Shown piece after piece: positions 13,550-27,400 of a stretch of DNA of 64,000 bases. Location: the NCBI GenBank assembly GCA_051362555.1, contig CM120649.1:17746567-17810566 (forward strand), read 5' to 3'. The notes below the pieces were generated by a model that saw only the letters and a list, made by a program, of their open reading frames with translations, did no database searches and was not told the DNA's origin. A program made the position numbers and the translations under genes. Position 1 is the stretch's first letter; every line of letters begins with the position of its first letter. This stretch comes from Lingula anatina (Eukaryota > Animalia > Brachiopoda).

Positions 13550-16500
13550 TTTATTTAAAGGGTTAGAACATGTCAAGTGCAGACACTTATCGTACACATG
13601 GTCTTTATACTGGATGTTTATATGATGATAATAACAATAATGATTTATTGATCACGAAAATGTTTTACATTTATAAGCTCTCTAACCTACAACACAAATA
13701 TAGAATGCACAGTTGTATAATAGATAAAATCCCTTCTAGTATATATTGAGTAGTATGAGAACAATACTGAAGTCTTGATGATTTTAAATTTTGTCCAATA
13801 TATCAGTTTTCCTTAAGTTTCTTAGAACAGTTTTTCTGCAGTGGAGGATGGTTTGAAGGAAATAGGTATGATAATGTCAAATGTTTGGTTTTTTAATTGA
13901 AACAATCTTAAATTGTCTTGAAGATTTTAAAGAAATGTATTTCTAACCCCTTTTATATATTTTTAACATTAATTTTTTTTAATTACTTATTTATTCATTT
14001 TGTGTGTCTGCATACAATAGCCAGCTGATTGTGCAGATTCACTCTTGTTGCTGTATTTCATAGCCAGCTTAATGTGCAGCATTACCCCTAATTACTGTAT
14101 TAAATGATTATTTCAGGTCTCCTTAAGTTGCTCTGCCAGTCCTTGGTCCCCCACATTCCCTCCACTGATCTGGAGAAACAAGTATTTAGCAAGATAGCAA
14201 ATAAAGTAATGTTTTACAGAGAAAATCATTTTGAATTTTATATTTATTAGATATAAAGAAGCACATTACCCTAATAACGATATGGCATTTTCTGTAATTT
14301 ATGATTTTTTTAAACAGGTAATCAGTAAAAATTCCAAAAAGTAAAATTCACAAAACAATCTTACAAAATTGAATATATATATATCTGATCTTTTTTTCTT
14401 GGCAAGTACAGGTGGAGGAGAGTTTTCACAGACTTCTAGGAAATGTTGTGAGCCTGGTTAAGAACAACTCCAGGGATATTTTGGAAGAAATTGCTCAGCA
14501 GTTGGAGGTAAAGTGGACTTGGCTTAGTGTTGAACTTTCTCAGTTCAGTCATACCAGAGCCATGGGGGTTGTTTATCTCAAATAATTTCATTTATTTGAT
14601 CTTTTTGAGAGTGTGTTCTATAAATTATTTTTTTTTTTTCAATAGTTTATCTCAAGATGAACAGTTTGTGTGTAAAAGTGTTTAATTTTTGATTTATTCA
14701 GTTTTTTTATTATCAAATTATTTTTCACTCTTTTTATTTATGTAGTTTATATCCGTTTTCAGATGGCATCCACTCTAATAGACAGCATAGAGCAATGTGT
14801 AAAGTGTGTGTGTGGCGATTCAGAAGTTGAAATTTCTAGTTTCTTGTCTCTCTCCAAGGTGGTACTCTCTATCTTAAAGGAGTCTTATCAACACTGCAAG
14901 GTTTGTAGATCTAGATCTTGCAGTATACTTTAATGACATAGGGTGCTTTCCCAGAGCTTTAGATCGATCTAAGGATTAAGTTTTAGATCGACTTAACTCC
15001 CTGGGGGTTCACGCTACATTGCAGTCAGCCGAGTGGACACCATAGTTAATTACCACCTTACAGCTTTTAGTAGGCGGGACAGACGCTTAAGCCGGCCAAG
15101 CTGACAGTAATCTAGTGAGACTCCCCACAGGGATAGATCGATCTAAAAATCTATGGAAATGGGGTGATAGTCTTCTCACACTTTGAGAGATTGACAGCTT
15201 ATCAATTACATGAGTGTATGCTGCTGTTTTGAAGACAATTTCCATAGTTTGATGGAACTACTTCTTAATGTAGAAATGAAACTTCATCTGTGTTTATATA
15301 AATTTTAGCATAGACATAAATGTATATTGGAAAGTAGATTTCTGCATACAATTAGTCGAATAGATAACAGGACTATAAAACTAGAAGATCACAGTGACAT
15401 ATCTCATTTCTAAAATCCACGTCGCTAGCAGTTTAAAAAATTTTGATTTTGGAAAGAAATAAAACATCATTTTCTTCAGACCAGTTCATCAGTGTATGGA
15501 GACCTGCTGGGAATGCTGTCAGAGGGTTTGTCTGCCATATTTAAGAAGACACACAGCTTGCAGATGGTATGTGCAGCCAAGTATAGAGCTTACCTTTTTT
15601 TTTTGCCGCATTTACACAGCCTTTTTGTAATGGATATTATATTTGTCACCATGAAAATATGGATGTGGTACATGCTTTCCTATTTTATTATTTTTTATCA
15701 AAATGTTAAATAGAGGAGAGCTTTTAGTATAGTTTTTTTAAATTAAAATTTGCCTGTAGGTCTTTAACAAAACTGAAAATTTATCTTTACACTGGGTGAT
15801 GGGTGGGGTGAAGTTTCAGTCAAGATAAAGTCCCAACTTTAAATTGGATATCGTTTCAGAGCTTCATATCCCTACTTGATAAGGTGGTGCTGGGGTCCAC
15901 CTCAAGTGATGAAGACATTGAGCATTTCTGTGCTGGTAAGGTTAGACATCGGGTTGGTTTTGTACAAAGCCCAATAGTTGTGGGCTGATCCTAGACAGAA
16001 AAGGGTATAGCTAACTCTGTGAGGTGGACTTTGCCTTATTTGTCTAGGGGTGTTTTATGAATGATTGGTTCCTCATAAATGTAGTAGACATTTTTTCATG
16101 GACTGCTGTCACCAGAGAGAGTAAAGTTATTGGTAAGACGATCAGAGATTGCTGTAGGGGCCTAGTTAAAGGTCAGTAAAATGAGAGAAGTGACCTTATA
16201 GATATTTTGTGAGAGGCAGCTTAGCTTAAATTTTTTAATTTTTCAACTTAGATTTGCTTTGAAAGGCAATTACAACGTTTTTCATTTCTATTTCTATTTG
16301 AACTGTTCAATATTTCAGTTTCCTCCACTTGATCAGCATGTGCATTTCTATCCATCTGATACTGGAGTTGAGAATGGCCATATTAACTATGTACAGACTA
16401 AATGATTGGTTTATTCTACTTTCCAGCTCTCCTCAATCTGCATGAATTATGTGCTATTGTAAACACCCTGGACGTCAAGATCACCATCACCACGTGGAAG

Positions 16501-19500
16501 GCAGTGTCAAAGTGAGTGTTGAAGAAATTAATGACATCACAAACCAATCATTTTAATCCATGTAGCTTTCTCTGTTTTATTTCCAAACTACTATGTCAGC
16601 AGAAAGTCCCTGTACATTATTATTATTTATAAACCAAGTTGAAAGATGAATAAAAATCATAAACTAGCACAGTATTACCCATAGTGAAGAACATGGAAAT
16701 AAAACGTTTAATATTTTTATTTATTTATTTATTTATTTTTTTCAGACTAGCATGTCAGCACAAAGATTCTCTAAGAAACAGACTAGATGTGTCTGTGCTG
16801 GTGACGTCACTCTGTCTGGAGGTGCTCACTTTGTTCAGGCACTTGTTTCAACTTGCACCACAGACTGATAAGGAGGGAAATGTTAGTGGAAGTACCATCT
16901 TTTTAAATGTTTTAAAATACAGCCTTCAAAATGAAGAAAGCCTTTAGAAATGTTATAAAAATACAGCTTTTATTAATGTTATGTTTTTTTAAACAGCCTG
17001 TCTTCTATTGAAATCATTAAAAAAAATTTTATCACATTTATGGAACCAGAAATTTGTGCTTTAACTGGGGCCTTTAGTATGTGTGTAATTACATGGTTTA
17101 AGCTAGTTTTCTGTCAGTAACCACATTGCAATTAATATACTAAGAGTGCCAGTCTTTTTATGTACCTACAAAAGTATTTATTTATACATCAGAAAATCAG
17201 CTGCGGGGACCCCAAAGCATTCTCCAAGTCTGTCAAGGTCGCTGGTTTCCAGATGAAAGTTCTAGTGACGCTGGTGAAGGAATTTGAGGGTTACCTTGGC
17301 AACTGTGTCAGAGAGCTGTATCAGCTGTTACAGGAGCTACACAGGTTTGTTTGGATGTGGATACTCAGTACGGTATAATTCAAAATTTTAACATTTAAAA
17401 TCCCCCGATATTTGGATAAATTTTTTTCAGCTCAGAAATTTATTTATTTATATCCTACCAGGCACATGCCCCCATCACTTTCTGCACCCAGCATACCTAA
17501 ACAATACACAGAAGACATAGAGAGACAAGTTACTATAGCAACAGAGCCAATGTTGACACATCTCCTTGGTAACAGAGAGTTCATTGAGTGCCTAATGGAT
17601 ACTGAGGGTAAGTGATGAAGAAAGCTTGATGCTATGCACAGATTTCAACATGGCGGTAAAAGTAAAGATGGTTGTTGTATGGACATACAAATGTTTTCTT
17701 GAAATGGAACATAAAAATGCCTACAAATACTGCAATTAATGTGTAAAAAATTAAAATTCATGTCATTTTATATTTTGTCAATATGCACAAGCAGTTTCAA
17801 GGCTTGAAATATTTGCAATCTGCCAATTGTTCCAGGTTTTGATAAAGAAATGTGTCTGTCGAAGTGTTTGCTGCAGGTCAGAGTAATGGGACTACTTCCT
17901 AGATGTACAGGTTAGTGCTACACTACCACAGTGTTGACCAAGGTCTCATTGAAAGATGACGTTATTAAATTGCACTGGGATGGTTATTTTCTTTTCAAGT
18001 AGTCACTGAGTATTTAATCATTTTAGCTGAGGGCCTGCAAAACATTTAATTACTGCAAAATTTTCAATGTTTCCCTTATTTATGAAATGAGGGAATTCCC
18101 TTTTCTTTTACTTTTCTGTCAAAATAAATTATCATTCGTGTTTTACGGAATTCATATCAAAATGCTGACATGTGCATATTAATCTTCATGTCTTGCTGAA
18201 TTTATATTTTTGATTTCAAATATTTCAGATGGTGTAAAGGACCAGTGGACATCACCAAGGCTCTACCCAGAGGATAAACCTAGGGAAAACATCCTAAGTG
18301 GACTCTTCAGCACTGTAGCAAACTGTAAGTGGAGTAAACTGTAGCTTGGAAATATCTTGTCTTGGTTGCACAGCGACTTCTATGGTCTTTGTTGTTGGCA
18401 GAGGACAAAAGAATCTGTGGTTTACAAACTGTATCGTGATTGTTTCTGTCTTTCTGGTTCTTGCTTAATGAGATGTATGATTGAATGATTAATTTTAAAC
18501 ATAAGGTTAGATGTTAAACTTGAGCTCCCTTATTTGTAAGATGTTTTTAAAACAGTAAACACCTATGTCGCTTGGATATTATTGTCTCTGTATCTTACAT
18601 TTTTTTTTAAAGTTCTGTATACATGCTGGGCCTATTGTCCAGTCATTATGAAGCACCTTCAAAACTGTAATATTGAGATTGTTTTTTAATTACTTGTATG
18701 GCTGCTACAGTTAATGTGATGATGAGAACTGTGAATAATGGAGTTGACCAGAATATTTTGATTTGTTAAGGTTTTGTAGAACTGTCATTACCAGTCAAGT
18801 TACCTGGGATTATGTGCAATGGAAAGCCCCAAAGGTAAATCAAGACTAAAACAAACACTTACATAATTTTTGTGCAAAATGCTATTAGATGTTATTTATT
18901 TTGACCAAAAAAAATTATAATAATAAGTACCTCCTGTTAATTCCAAGTCAACTAGGATTCTTAATGGTAAAATGAACTTTGTTTCACTATACATTGGTTA
19001 TTTTATATTCAGGGAAGTGAGTCTTTACGAGCATATCTGCAGCAGGCTGTGTGGTTTTGTGGGCAGTTTATCCGCCAGACACTTCAGTGTGTTGGTAAGT
19101 TAACAGCTAACAGCTCAAATTCTTTTATCTTGAAGAAACAAATGCTGCGGTTTGAATTTTCTTTTTTTTTTTCTTTTAGTTAGCTGAAATTTTGTAAATA
19201 TTTTAACAATACTGTGTATTATAAACATTGTTTGTGCTGACTTGCTTGTATTACTGTGAATAATAAAAATGTATATACCTAAAATATGTTTTCCTATCAT
19301 GTGTGTCCCTTCTCTATTGGGATTTTGTATTTTAAAATGGACCCTCAACTGTCCCACTCTCCCCTCCTCCCTCTATCTTAATTCTGCTACTCTAGATCAG
19401 CCTGTAACAAACTTTTAGTACATGTGTTTGAAAAATAAAGTTATGAAGATTTGCCTCTGCTTTCAGGAAAAGTGCCTTTTAGAGAATGTTCTTGGCAGAA

Positions 19501-20128
19501 ACTTGTATTGTGCATTACTTGCCATAGATATATGGTGTTTTGTAGCCAGGTAAATAGAGTGATTTGATATTGAGTGTTTTATATACTGATATTTTGCTGA
19601 ATGCCCAGTGATATATTTGCAGTAATTAATGCTGCATAACTCAGCTTGTAATGAAATAAGAATAAGATGCATCAATTTTTTTATGTTTGAAGTCTGAATG
19701 GATTTAATATTTTCATTAAGAGGTATAAAATGGTTGAAATACACTCAGAATTACATCAAATTATATTTACTTCTTTTAGACATTGGATTTTTAACAATTT
19801 TCCCATCAATATCAGGTATGGGACAGCAGAGGTATGCCACGCCCACATCTGTCTGGTAGCTAAGTTAATAGACAGCCAGCAATGGAACTGTAGTGTACAG
19901 TATCTCCACCTGGTGGCACTGTTCACAAGACTGGTCAAGTTCCAGGCACAGGAACACCAGGTAGGGCTCGTATATTTGCTAATAATAATAATAATTAATT
20001 TGAAAAAAGAAATCTGCATAATGTATCAATCTGACAACATGCTGGTCCCATGATAGATGCCACGAAAAATCTTAGCCAGCCTATAAAAATTGTAGAAATA
20101 TGTCTAATTAGCAGAGCTTGTTTAAAAC

Positions 20129-20181
<53 letters not shown>

Positions 20182-20753
20182 CTGAAATCAGTCTTGAGTG
20201 GCCCCCAAAGCCCCTGTCGTGAGGCTACAAAACCAAAATTATATCTCAGAAAATGCCGATGTTTCTGCTTTGGGTCTGTACACTGTAAGATCTTGGTGGT
20301 TTCAAGGGCCCGTAGGCAAGTAAATTTCTGATAGAGACTGATGTATTTTGGAGTTCTCTGTTACATATGTACATATGATATTTAAGAGGCTTAAGCACAA
20401 AATCTTTTATAAGTACTTGACCAAAATTAATGCAGAGTTTCTGATGTGAATAACATTATATGTATTGCACTACACTTTCCAGGAGGCATTTTTGCAAACA
20501 TTCCCTCCAGTAAACCACTTGGTTCTGTGGTCACACCTGCCATTGACTGCACTGCCATCTATACTTCTGCAGCAGGTCATTGATCTTGGGGTCACCAAGT
20601 GCACAAAGGTCATCAATGATTGGAATAGCAGTAGCAGTAAGACCTTAGGAAAAACAAGGGAATTGGTATGTATAGATATTTCATTTTTGAACCATTGCTT
20701 TGAAGAATTGGGAATGTACTTTTTTATTGAGGTAAATAAGGTTGCCTCACAAG

Positions 20754-20794
<41 letters not shown>

Positions 20795-23397
20795 CACCTG
20801 GATTTTGCTTTTTTGCACGGAATTCTATTATATATTTTGTGATTGCAATGGAAAACAATCCAAGTAGAAAACTGGTGAAAATGACAAAAATTAGTCTGAA
20901 TCATTATATTTCATACATAATTATATTATATTATTTTTTCAGTTTGCAGCACTTGCATTTCTAAGAAACCTGTTAAGCACTCAACAAATTAAAGAAAAAT
21001 ATGTATCAGCTCAGCATCAGGCTGTCTTGATAGACCAGTGCTGCACCCTATGGTCCAGTATACCCTTGCAGGAAGTTTCAAGGTACCCAGTCGTGCAATC
21101 AACAGTACTCAATCTTATAGGAGTCACAGGGCAATTAATCAGTGGGCTGAACAATGCAGAGGTCTTAAAGGTGTGTGTATGTTAACTTGATGATTTTGAT
21201 GATTCAGAATAGATCTGAATTTTAAGTTTAAAACCAAGTAATTATAATCACACATTTTGAAGCTTTGTTAGATTTTTAAGCCAAAGAAGATATGCCTGAG
21301 TTTGGCATGTCATAGATTTTTTTAAAGAAATGGACTGAAGTCTTTTTTGGCTCAAGTATATTAAAAAATCATGGATGTTTTCAGATATTAATATTTTCTT
21401 GTCATTTCTCTTTGACAGGTTGTGCAGTGCTTGCTTCACCTTATAAAAATCAGTCCTACGAGTGACATACTGTGTGAAGTGGCAGATTTTACCAGGAATC
21501 TGGGAAAGAAGACATTCCCTGCATCTTCTGAGGTATTTATTTTTCAATGAAACACTGTTAACAGTTTTGTTGACACAGTTTATAAATCTCAAAAAGTACA
21601 GTTCCTAGCAGAACCCAACCCTACAATCTTTGAGAGCATTTTTAAAGTTGTGTTATAATTTTCAAACAGAAAAAAACTACATTAAGTTGTCTTAGTTTCA
21701 GATTCTGAATTATTTTCAGCAACCTCAGCTTCTGGCCCTCCTCCCCAAGTTATTTGGTCATCTTCTACAGAGCCAGAACCCTTTGGTGAAGCAAAAATCA
21801 TTGGAAGCATTTTCAAAGTTTGCTGAAGAAACCTCTCACGAGTCTATAGTCCCTGAGAGTCTTCAACAGAATGAGAAGATACAGGGGGAGGTAGTCAGCT
21901 ACCTTAACAAGGTATGTGCTTGGGACTTAGGTCGCTAAATGACTTTAGTCAGAGAATCTGCTTTAGCCAAGTTTTAAGTATCATATATGACTTTGAAAAT
22001 GGACTTCCACCATGTTTGGTAATTAATGCACTGAAGTTGTGTTTCACAAGGGATCTGCAAGTGAGATGAACTCATTTTTGTCTTTTCTTTCAGCATTCCT
22101 GATGTAATGATTTCACTATCATGTTCTAGGTGCCATGGTCGCTTGCCTTACCATATAGTGAAGTGGAGTACCTGCATAAAGTAGACAACATTCTAAAGGC
22201 GCCACCCTCTACACAGACATGTCGTAACCCCGAGGAAAGAAATATGAAAGATAATCTGGAGTCAGACCATGAGGTAGTAGTGAGCAGTATAAGAGTGCAT
22301 TCCCATAGATTTAGATCGATCCATCTAGATCGACCTAACTCCCTGGGGGTTCACGCTAAATTGATGTCAGGCGAGCGCGAACGGTAGTTAATTACCCCCT
22401 TACAGCTGTTAGTAGGCAGGACAGACGTTTAAGCCGTCTAAACTGACAGGAATCTAGTGAGACTCCCACAGGGATAGATCGATCTAAAATCTGTGGGAAT
22501 GGGGTCTAAGACAATGTCTTCATATTTGTAGGCTAAGGCCACCAAAAAATCCAACTTTATCTGTAGTAGGACCCTGAAAGGTGAAACTAATGATAAATCA
22601 AGTAGTATAATGTAGTATAATGTAGGACCTGACTGCTTCCACATAGAGAAGATGCAGGATTGGTAAAGATGAAGATGCTTTTAATGGTCTCTGTGTCGGA
22701 GAAAGAAAGATGAACTGAACTGGTCAATAAAACGGGTTTCTTGCAGAGGCTAATCTTTGATTGTCGGGAAGGAAAAAAAGATGTGGGTTTTAGGTCTTAT
22801 TTTGGAACATCCTGGTTATTAATATTCTTATTGTGAAAATTGTGGAATTATTTTTAAATTTTATTCTAATGGTGATAGTAATGGTTCTTTTGTTTCCATT
22901 TTAGCCAGCAGCAAAAAGATTGAGGCAAGATTCTGATGGGCAAAACCAGGTAAACAAATCAGTTCTTGGTATTTAAATACACAGTAAAGATCTATATGGT
23001 GTTTGCTTGTATATTAAAAAACAATGAAAGTCACCTTACTTTATCAAATAGAAGGCCTCCTTGTTTATAAAAACAGAGTTATAGATTTGGCTTTTGAAAT
23101 AACAATAACTTAATCTAGGTAGGAGGAAAAGAAAGCTGAAACTTATGTGCTTCTAGACAATTTCACATATATGTATATGTTACAGGAGGAAAAGAATTTT
23201 GAAACTTTAATTGTTTAGACAAAGTAATATATCAGTATATGTTGCAGTTTCAGACGGAAGAGAGATGTAAGAAGATATTGTCAAACATGAGAACAGAAAC
23301 TCAAGACCTGTTACATGTCCAGTCCATCTCAGGACTTCCACACTGGGTGGTGGAAGAATTAAAAGAACTGCATTCACAGATTGGGACAATGTTGTGA
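13403..23397 (+). CDS. FIRRM: FIRRM / C1orf112 ortholog (FIGNL1-interacting regulator of recombination and mitosis), 24 coding exons, ~909 aa
   Basis: Phase-consistent exons: 13403-13492, 13826-13865, 14117-14205, 14412-14507, 14763-14900, 15480-15566, 15860-15935, 16427-16511, 16746-16881, 17193-17344, 17462-17607, 17836-17910, 18229-18324, 18771-18834, 19013-19094, 19467-19549, 19816-19960, 20483-20665, 20943-21170, 21419-21532, 21720-21911, 22130-22273, 22905-22949, 23254-23397 (total 2730 nt). Peptides MSQSSMLDEVGTWRETECQARWQEVLPELL, HMPPSLSAPSI, ALLAIDIWCFVARYGTAEVC, LEAFSKFAEETSHESIVPESL and PAAKRLRQ match vertebrate C1orf112 as I recall it (FPPSLYA, LLAMDAWCFLARYGTAELC, LEAFTQFAEGTNHEEIVPQCL, AKRARQ). 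Confidence 0.9.
13493..13825 (+). other. U12-type (minor spliceosome) GT-AG intron, first coding intron of FIRRM
   Basis: The 5' splice site GTATCCTTT at 13493 is the U12 consensus. A branch-like TTTCCTTAAG lies at ~13808-13817, with AG at 13824-13825 and no long polypyrimidine tract. Splicing here keeps the frame (…PELL|NSFSAVEDGLKEIG). Confidence 0.85.
14941..15166 (+). mobile_element. MITE family A (~220 bp, 3-bp TSD, PIF/Harbinger-like)
   Basis: Imperfect TIR (ATTCCCATAGATTTTAGATCGATC-like), TSD ATA; six copies in the window. Confidence 0.8.
22293..22506 (+). mobile_element. MITE family A
   Basis: Same core (CTAACTCCCTGGGGGTTCACGCTAAA…TCTAGTGAGACTCCC), TSD TAA; lies 20 nt downstream of a FIRRM donor. 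Confidence 0.8.
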
Positions 23398-23675
23398 TGA
23401 AGATTAGTTGTGTGATCTTTCCTGGGCTGGTTCCTTGCAGATGCCAATCAAATTTCATTGCTGATTCTCATTAGAACTCTTGGCATGCCTCAACTGTGTT
23501 ATATTTGCCTAAGGAGACAATTTAACCTTGATACCTAGAGGAATGCCTTACAGTATAGGGAAGGTTTTTGACACATGAGTAATGCAGTGCCGTTAAAAAC
23601 ACTGGAAGTGATGGACTTAGATATAGACTTTAAACCGACAACGACATGTACAGCATTTTATTTGGAATATTTAAG

Positions 23676-23681
23676 AATAAA
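23676..23681 (+). terminator. Candidate polyadenylation signal of FIRRM
   Basis: AATAAA ~280 nt after the stop codon at 23397, followed by T-rich sequence. Confidence 0.45.
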
Positions 23682-24469
23682 AACGTGTAACACCTCTTTT
23701 TGCAATTTAAGTATTTTATCAAATGTGATGAAAATATATTCATAGCAAGGTGATTTTGTATATGAAAATATAAAACACAAGCTAATAAGTAAGCCTTCAT
23801 CAGACGGATGTGGGTAGTTGTTGTTAAAAGTATTTCAGCTTGTGTTTTACAATCACCATATATGATCCAACTATCTAGCTAATGAACATTTTTGCTCAAG
23901 ATAATTGCATAAACTCGTGCAGAAGGAGTCCCATTTAAATTAACATGTGTGGACCCTCCAGCACTAACGGGTAACGCCTAGTGAACATCGAAGGTAGCAG
24001 CGTCGCTGTTTCAGTGTATGGAACGTTTTGTGAATTAAACATTGTGGTTTTAAAGCCTGTAAGAGACTGAGCGGGGTTGCAAAAAGGTCGTGGCAGAACG
24101 GTTCGTATTATTACGTTTTGGTTTGAGTTAGCAAAAAAGAAAAAAAAATGCGGGGCCTGTGCAACAAGGCGAGACACCAGGACCCTTAAGTCCTCTTAAT
24201 TAAAAACGAAAGTAGAAATTAGACACTAGACTTCAATTTCAGCGCCCCATCCTTTAAAGAGAGCCGTTTCGCGTGTTTTCAAATTGTGACAAAGATGGCC
24301 GGGCCACCCACCCATATGACGCCATCAATACTGCCGTGCGGGTCTTGTTTTTATTACGTGACTGTACGTGTGGGTTCAGAGCTACACGATGTTATATATA
24401 TATACATACAGATGATAACTGGTTCCAGTATTTCACTGCCAGCAGCACGTTCAAAAGATCGAATCAAGC

Positions 24470-27400
24470 ATGGAATTTGTCTTGAAAATTGACAGTGTGG
24501 AGGGGTGGTGGGAACGCTTGGAAGACTTCCGTGTTTCGGAAAAAGTTGGATTTTTGGTTGAAAATCCATTGGTAAGTTTAACCCATTCGTATTCAGGATA
24601 AGTTATTAGAAAATTAATTGGAGGTTAGGAAATGTTAAATCTCCTAGTTCGTTATATAGTCTAGCAGGTTTTTCTGATTTTAAATGTGCCTCCTTTCAAG
24701 GGTGGAACAATATGCTACCACGAATTGGTTTTGCCTTTAGGGAGGGTGTATACGTGAGGATATGTTTTCATATCCGTTTGTATAATGCAGACATGGACCT
24801 TGTCTAGCCTTGCCTTGTTATGAGACAGAGCTGTCACATCAAAGACACCGCTCATTCCAGCTGATGACGTAACAGCAACGTTTTTGTGGTGGAAATTGTT
24901 TTCGAATTTAAGCAGGTCTTCTTCACCTGAACAGCTATCAACTCCGTTTAACGCTTATTTACTCATTAATTATCAGTTTACTATAAGTACTACGCTTCAA
25001 ATGTTACCAAAGATTCTTTTTGAAATGGTTAGTTTTGATTTAATCTGTATAGAGGTGAAATAATGCCTTTGTTCGATGGAAAATCACAAAAGCAAACGTT
25101 GGTAACAAATTGTAAATTACACCTTTGTCGTCAACCATACCAGTGTCCATGGAGTTACGCCGCAAATCGTTCACTATCCTACATCAATTTACAAAGCAGT
25201 AACCAGTAAATTAAGAATAAACGGGGACAGAGCTTAATCGTAGAAGCGCATGGGGTGGTGAATAAAAAACAAAGATGGGAATTTTTGCTCTAAAAGTGTT
25301 TGATTTTTTTGTACTGATATCTAAGTAAGTATTTTCATATAAAAGAAACGCGGAAAAAAACTATATTGAACAATTTAGGCCATATTAACAGATGTCACAG
25401 ATATTGCGTGTTATTTCTTTCCGCGGTAGTTTATTTGTGTTCTATACATTAATGCGTAATTTTCCCCTTTATACAGTTTCAGTTTTAAAGATTCATCACT
25501 GCTATAACCCTTATAAAACAGTTTAACTTCTGAGTCTTCTAACGAAGATGATGGCAGAAAAGAGAAGGAATAAAAGCCCATCCCAAACTTAGCTTACGTG
25601 TTTGACAAAAATGTAGTTTTTATGTACATTTTACACAACTCAACCTTGTCCCAACTGACTTGTCCCAAGGCTACCAGGGGCGGATCCAGAGCTATTTACT
25701 GACAGTCTTCCAAATTATCTTTGTTGATTCATCGTCCAATTTTGACCGTCTTCCAACAGAAACAATTAGATACCCGTCAATGTAAACTTGAAAATCTGAC
25801 CGTCTTCCGGAAGACCCAGAAGACGGCCTAAATCCGCCCCTGGCTACGGTATACTTACTGTAATACAATTACAGTAGGATAAATGGCGTAATACTTATTT
25901 TGCTGTTCAAGTGTGCCAGTGCCATTTGCATTTCAGAAATATCCTATTTATAATGAAATTATGTCTTTGTTTGGTAAAGATATTTTGATATGTCTCAGTT
26001 GTTATAAATTGAAACTGTATTTTTTTTCATAAGACAGAACTGTAATTTACTTTTATGGGACGCTTTAACTGTAAAAGGACTGATACGGTTTATTTTCTGC
26101 TTCATCTCCCAGTTAAAGTGTAATCAGTCTCAGTTTTATTGTGTTATAGACATGTAATAAATGTGTCTTAATTGGCTTCAATATCTCTTTCTATCGGAAT
26201 CTCTTTGATGTATTTTTTGTGCTTCATCTCATGTAAAATATACATTTACCGGTAGATATATTGTATTGTCAGCAGATTAAGTTTCGTCAGTCGAATCGAT
26301 AGCTGGATTGTCCGTGCTGTCTCACATCACTCCAGGGCTCCGCAAATCAAAAGCGTCGCGTATTGCGAATAGCGATATCACATAGAGGCTACAATGTATT
26401 ATATGGGGCGAGTATGGGCGAGTTATGGAATCGAGACGCTTGCGCTCGATCGCAGTGCGCGATGCTTTCGAGTTACGGGGCCCAGGTCTCCGAGCCAGTG
26501 AAATAAACGTAGAGGCCAGTCAGTTTGTATTTGATTCTGAAAAACATATAATGACCGTTGTGTTTGACGTGTTACATGCTGGAGAAGTGACCTACTGGTA
26601 GCTTGTGTTCCCTGTGATACCATCATACCAGTATGAATATTCTGGCAATGTAATTGCATTCTATTTGTCACTGAAATGGTGCGTTAGGCTGCGTTCACAT
26701 GAAAAATCTATTTCCTAAAAATCTATTTGCGGTATCTTGTGATCACGTTCTGTGTCCTGAATGCCCCACGGCGTAATTACGGGCAGCGCGAGCCAGTTAC
26801 TTCCAAAACTGTAATTAATTCTCGGCGCTGCCAGTAATTACGCCGCGGGGTATTCAGGGCACAGACCGTGATCACAAGATACCGCAAATAGATTTTTAGT
26901 TTTTTAGAAAATAGATTTTTCATGTGAATGCACCCTTAGACCCGAACATTCCAATAACGTATTTATTTGACAAACTTTATTGACTTCAATTTCATATATA
27001 TAAAAACTGAATATAATTTGAATATTTTAACACCATATTAGTTTTTGACGGATATATTAGCTAAGTTGCTCTTTGAGCACATGATTTCCATTCCAACAAA
27101 CAATTCGTTAACCCAGAGAGAGACAGAGAGAGTCATGGTAGCAGCAAATGATCATATTTTGTCTTCACAGTATACATTCAAATTAAAGTTATGCAAATAT
27201 GTATTACATAAAATAACATGGTCCAACCACGTCATCAATCTGCAAGCTACAGCGTCCTTTTTGTCTAATAACAAATTATCTGCAAGCTACAGCGTCTTTT
27301 TTGTCTAATAACAAATGATGGAAGTTTTAATTGAAGCCTGTATGATTGTTTGACTTGTAAAACCTGCTTACAACATGAGGGTATCTCTCGTCACCTTGTT

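Noticed and set aside
13842-13865. 24-nt FIRRM micro-exon using the TTCTGCAG acceptor
   Set aside because: It is out of phase with exon 1; the U12-type acceptor at 13825 restores the frame and the expected length.
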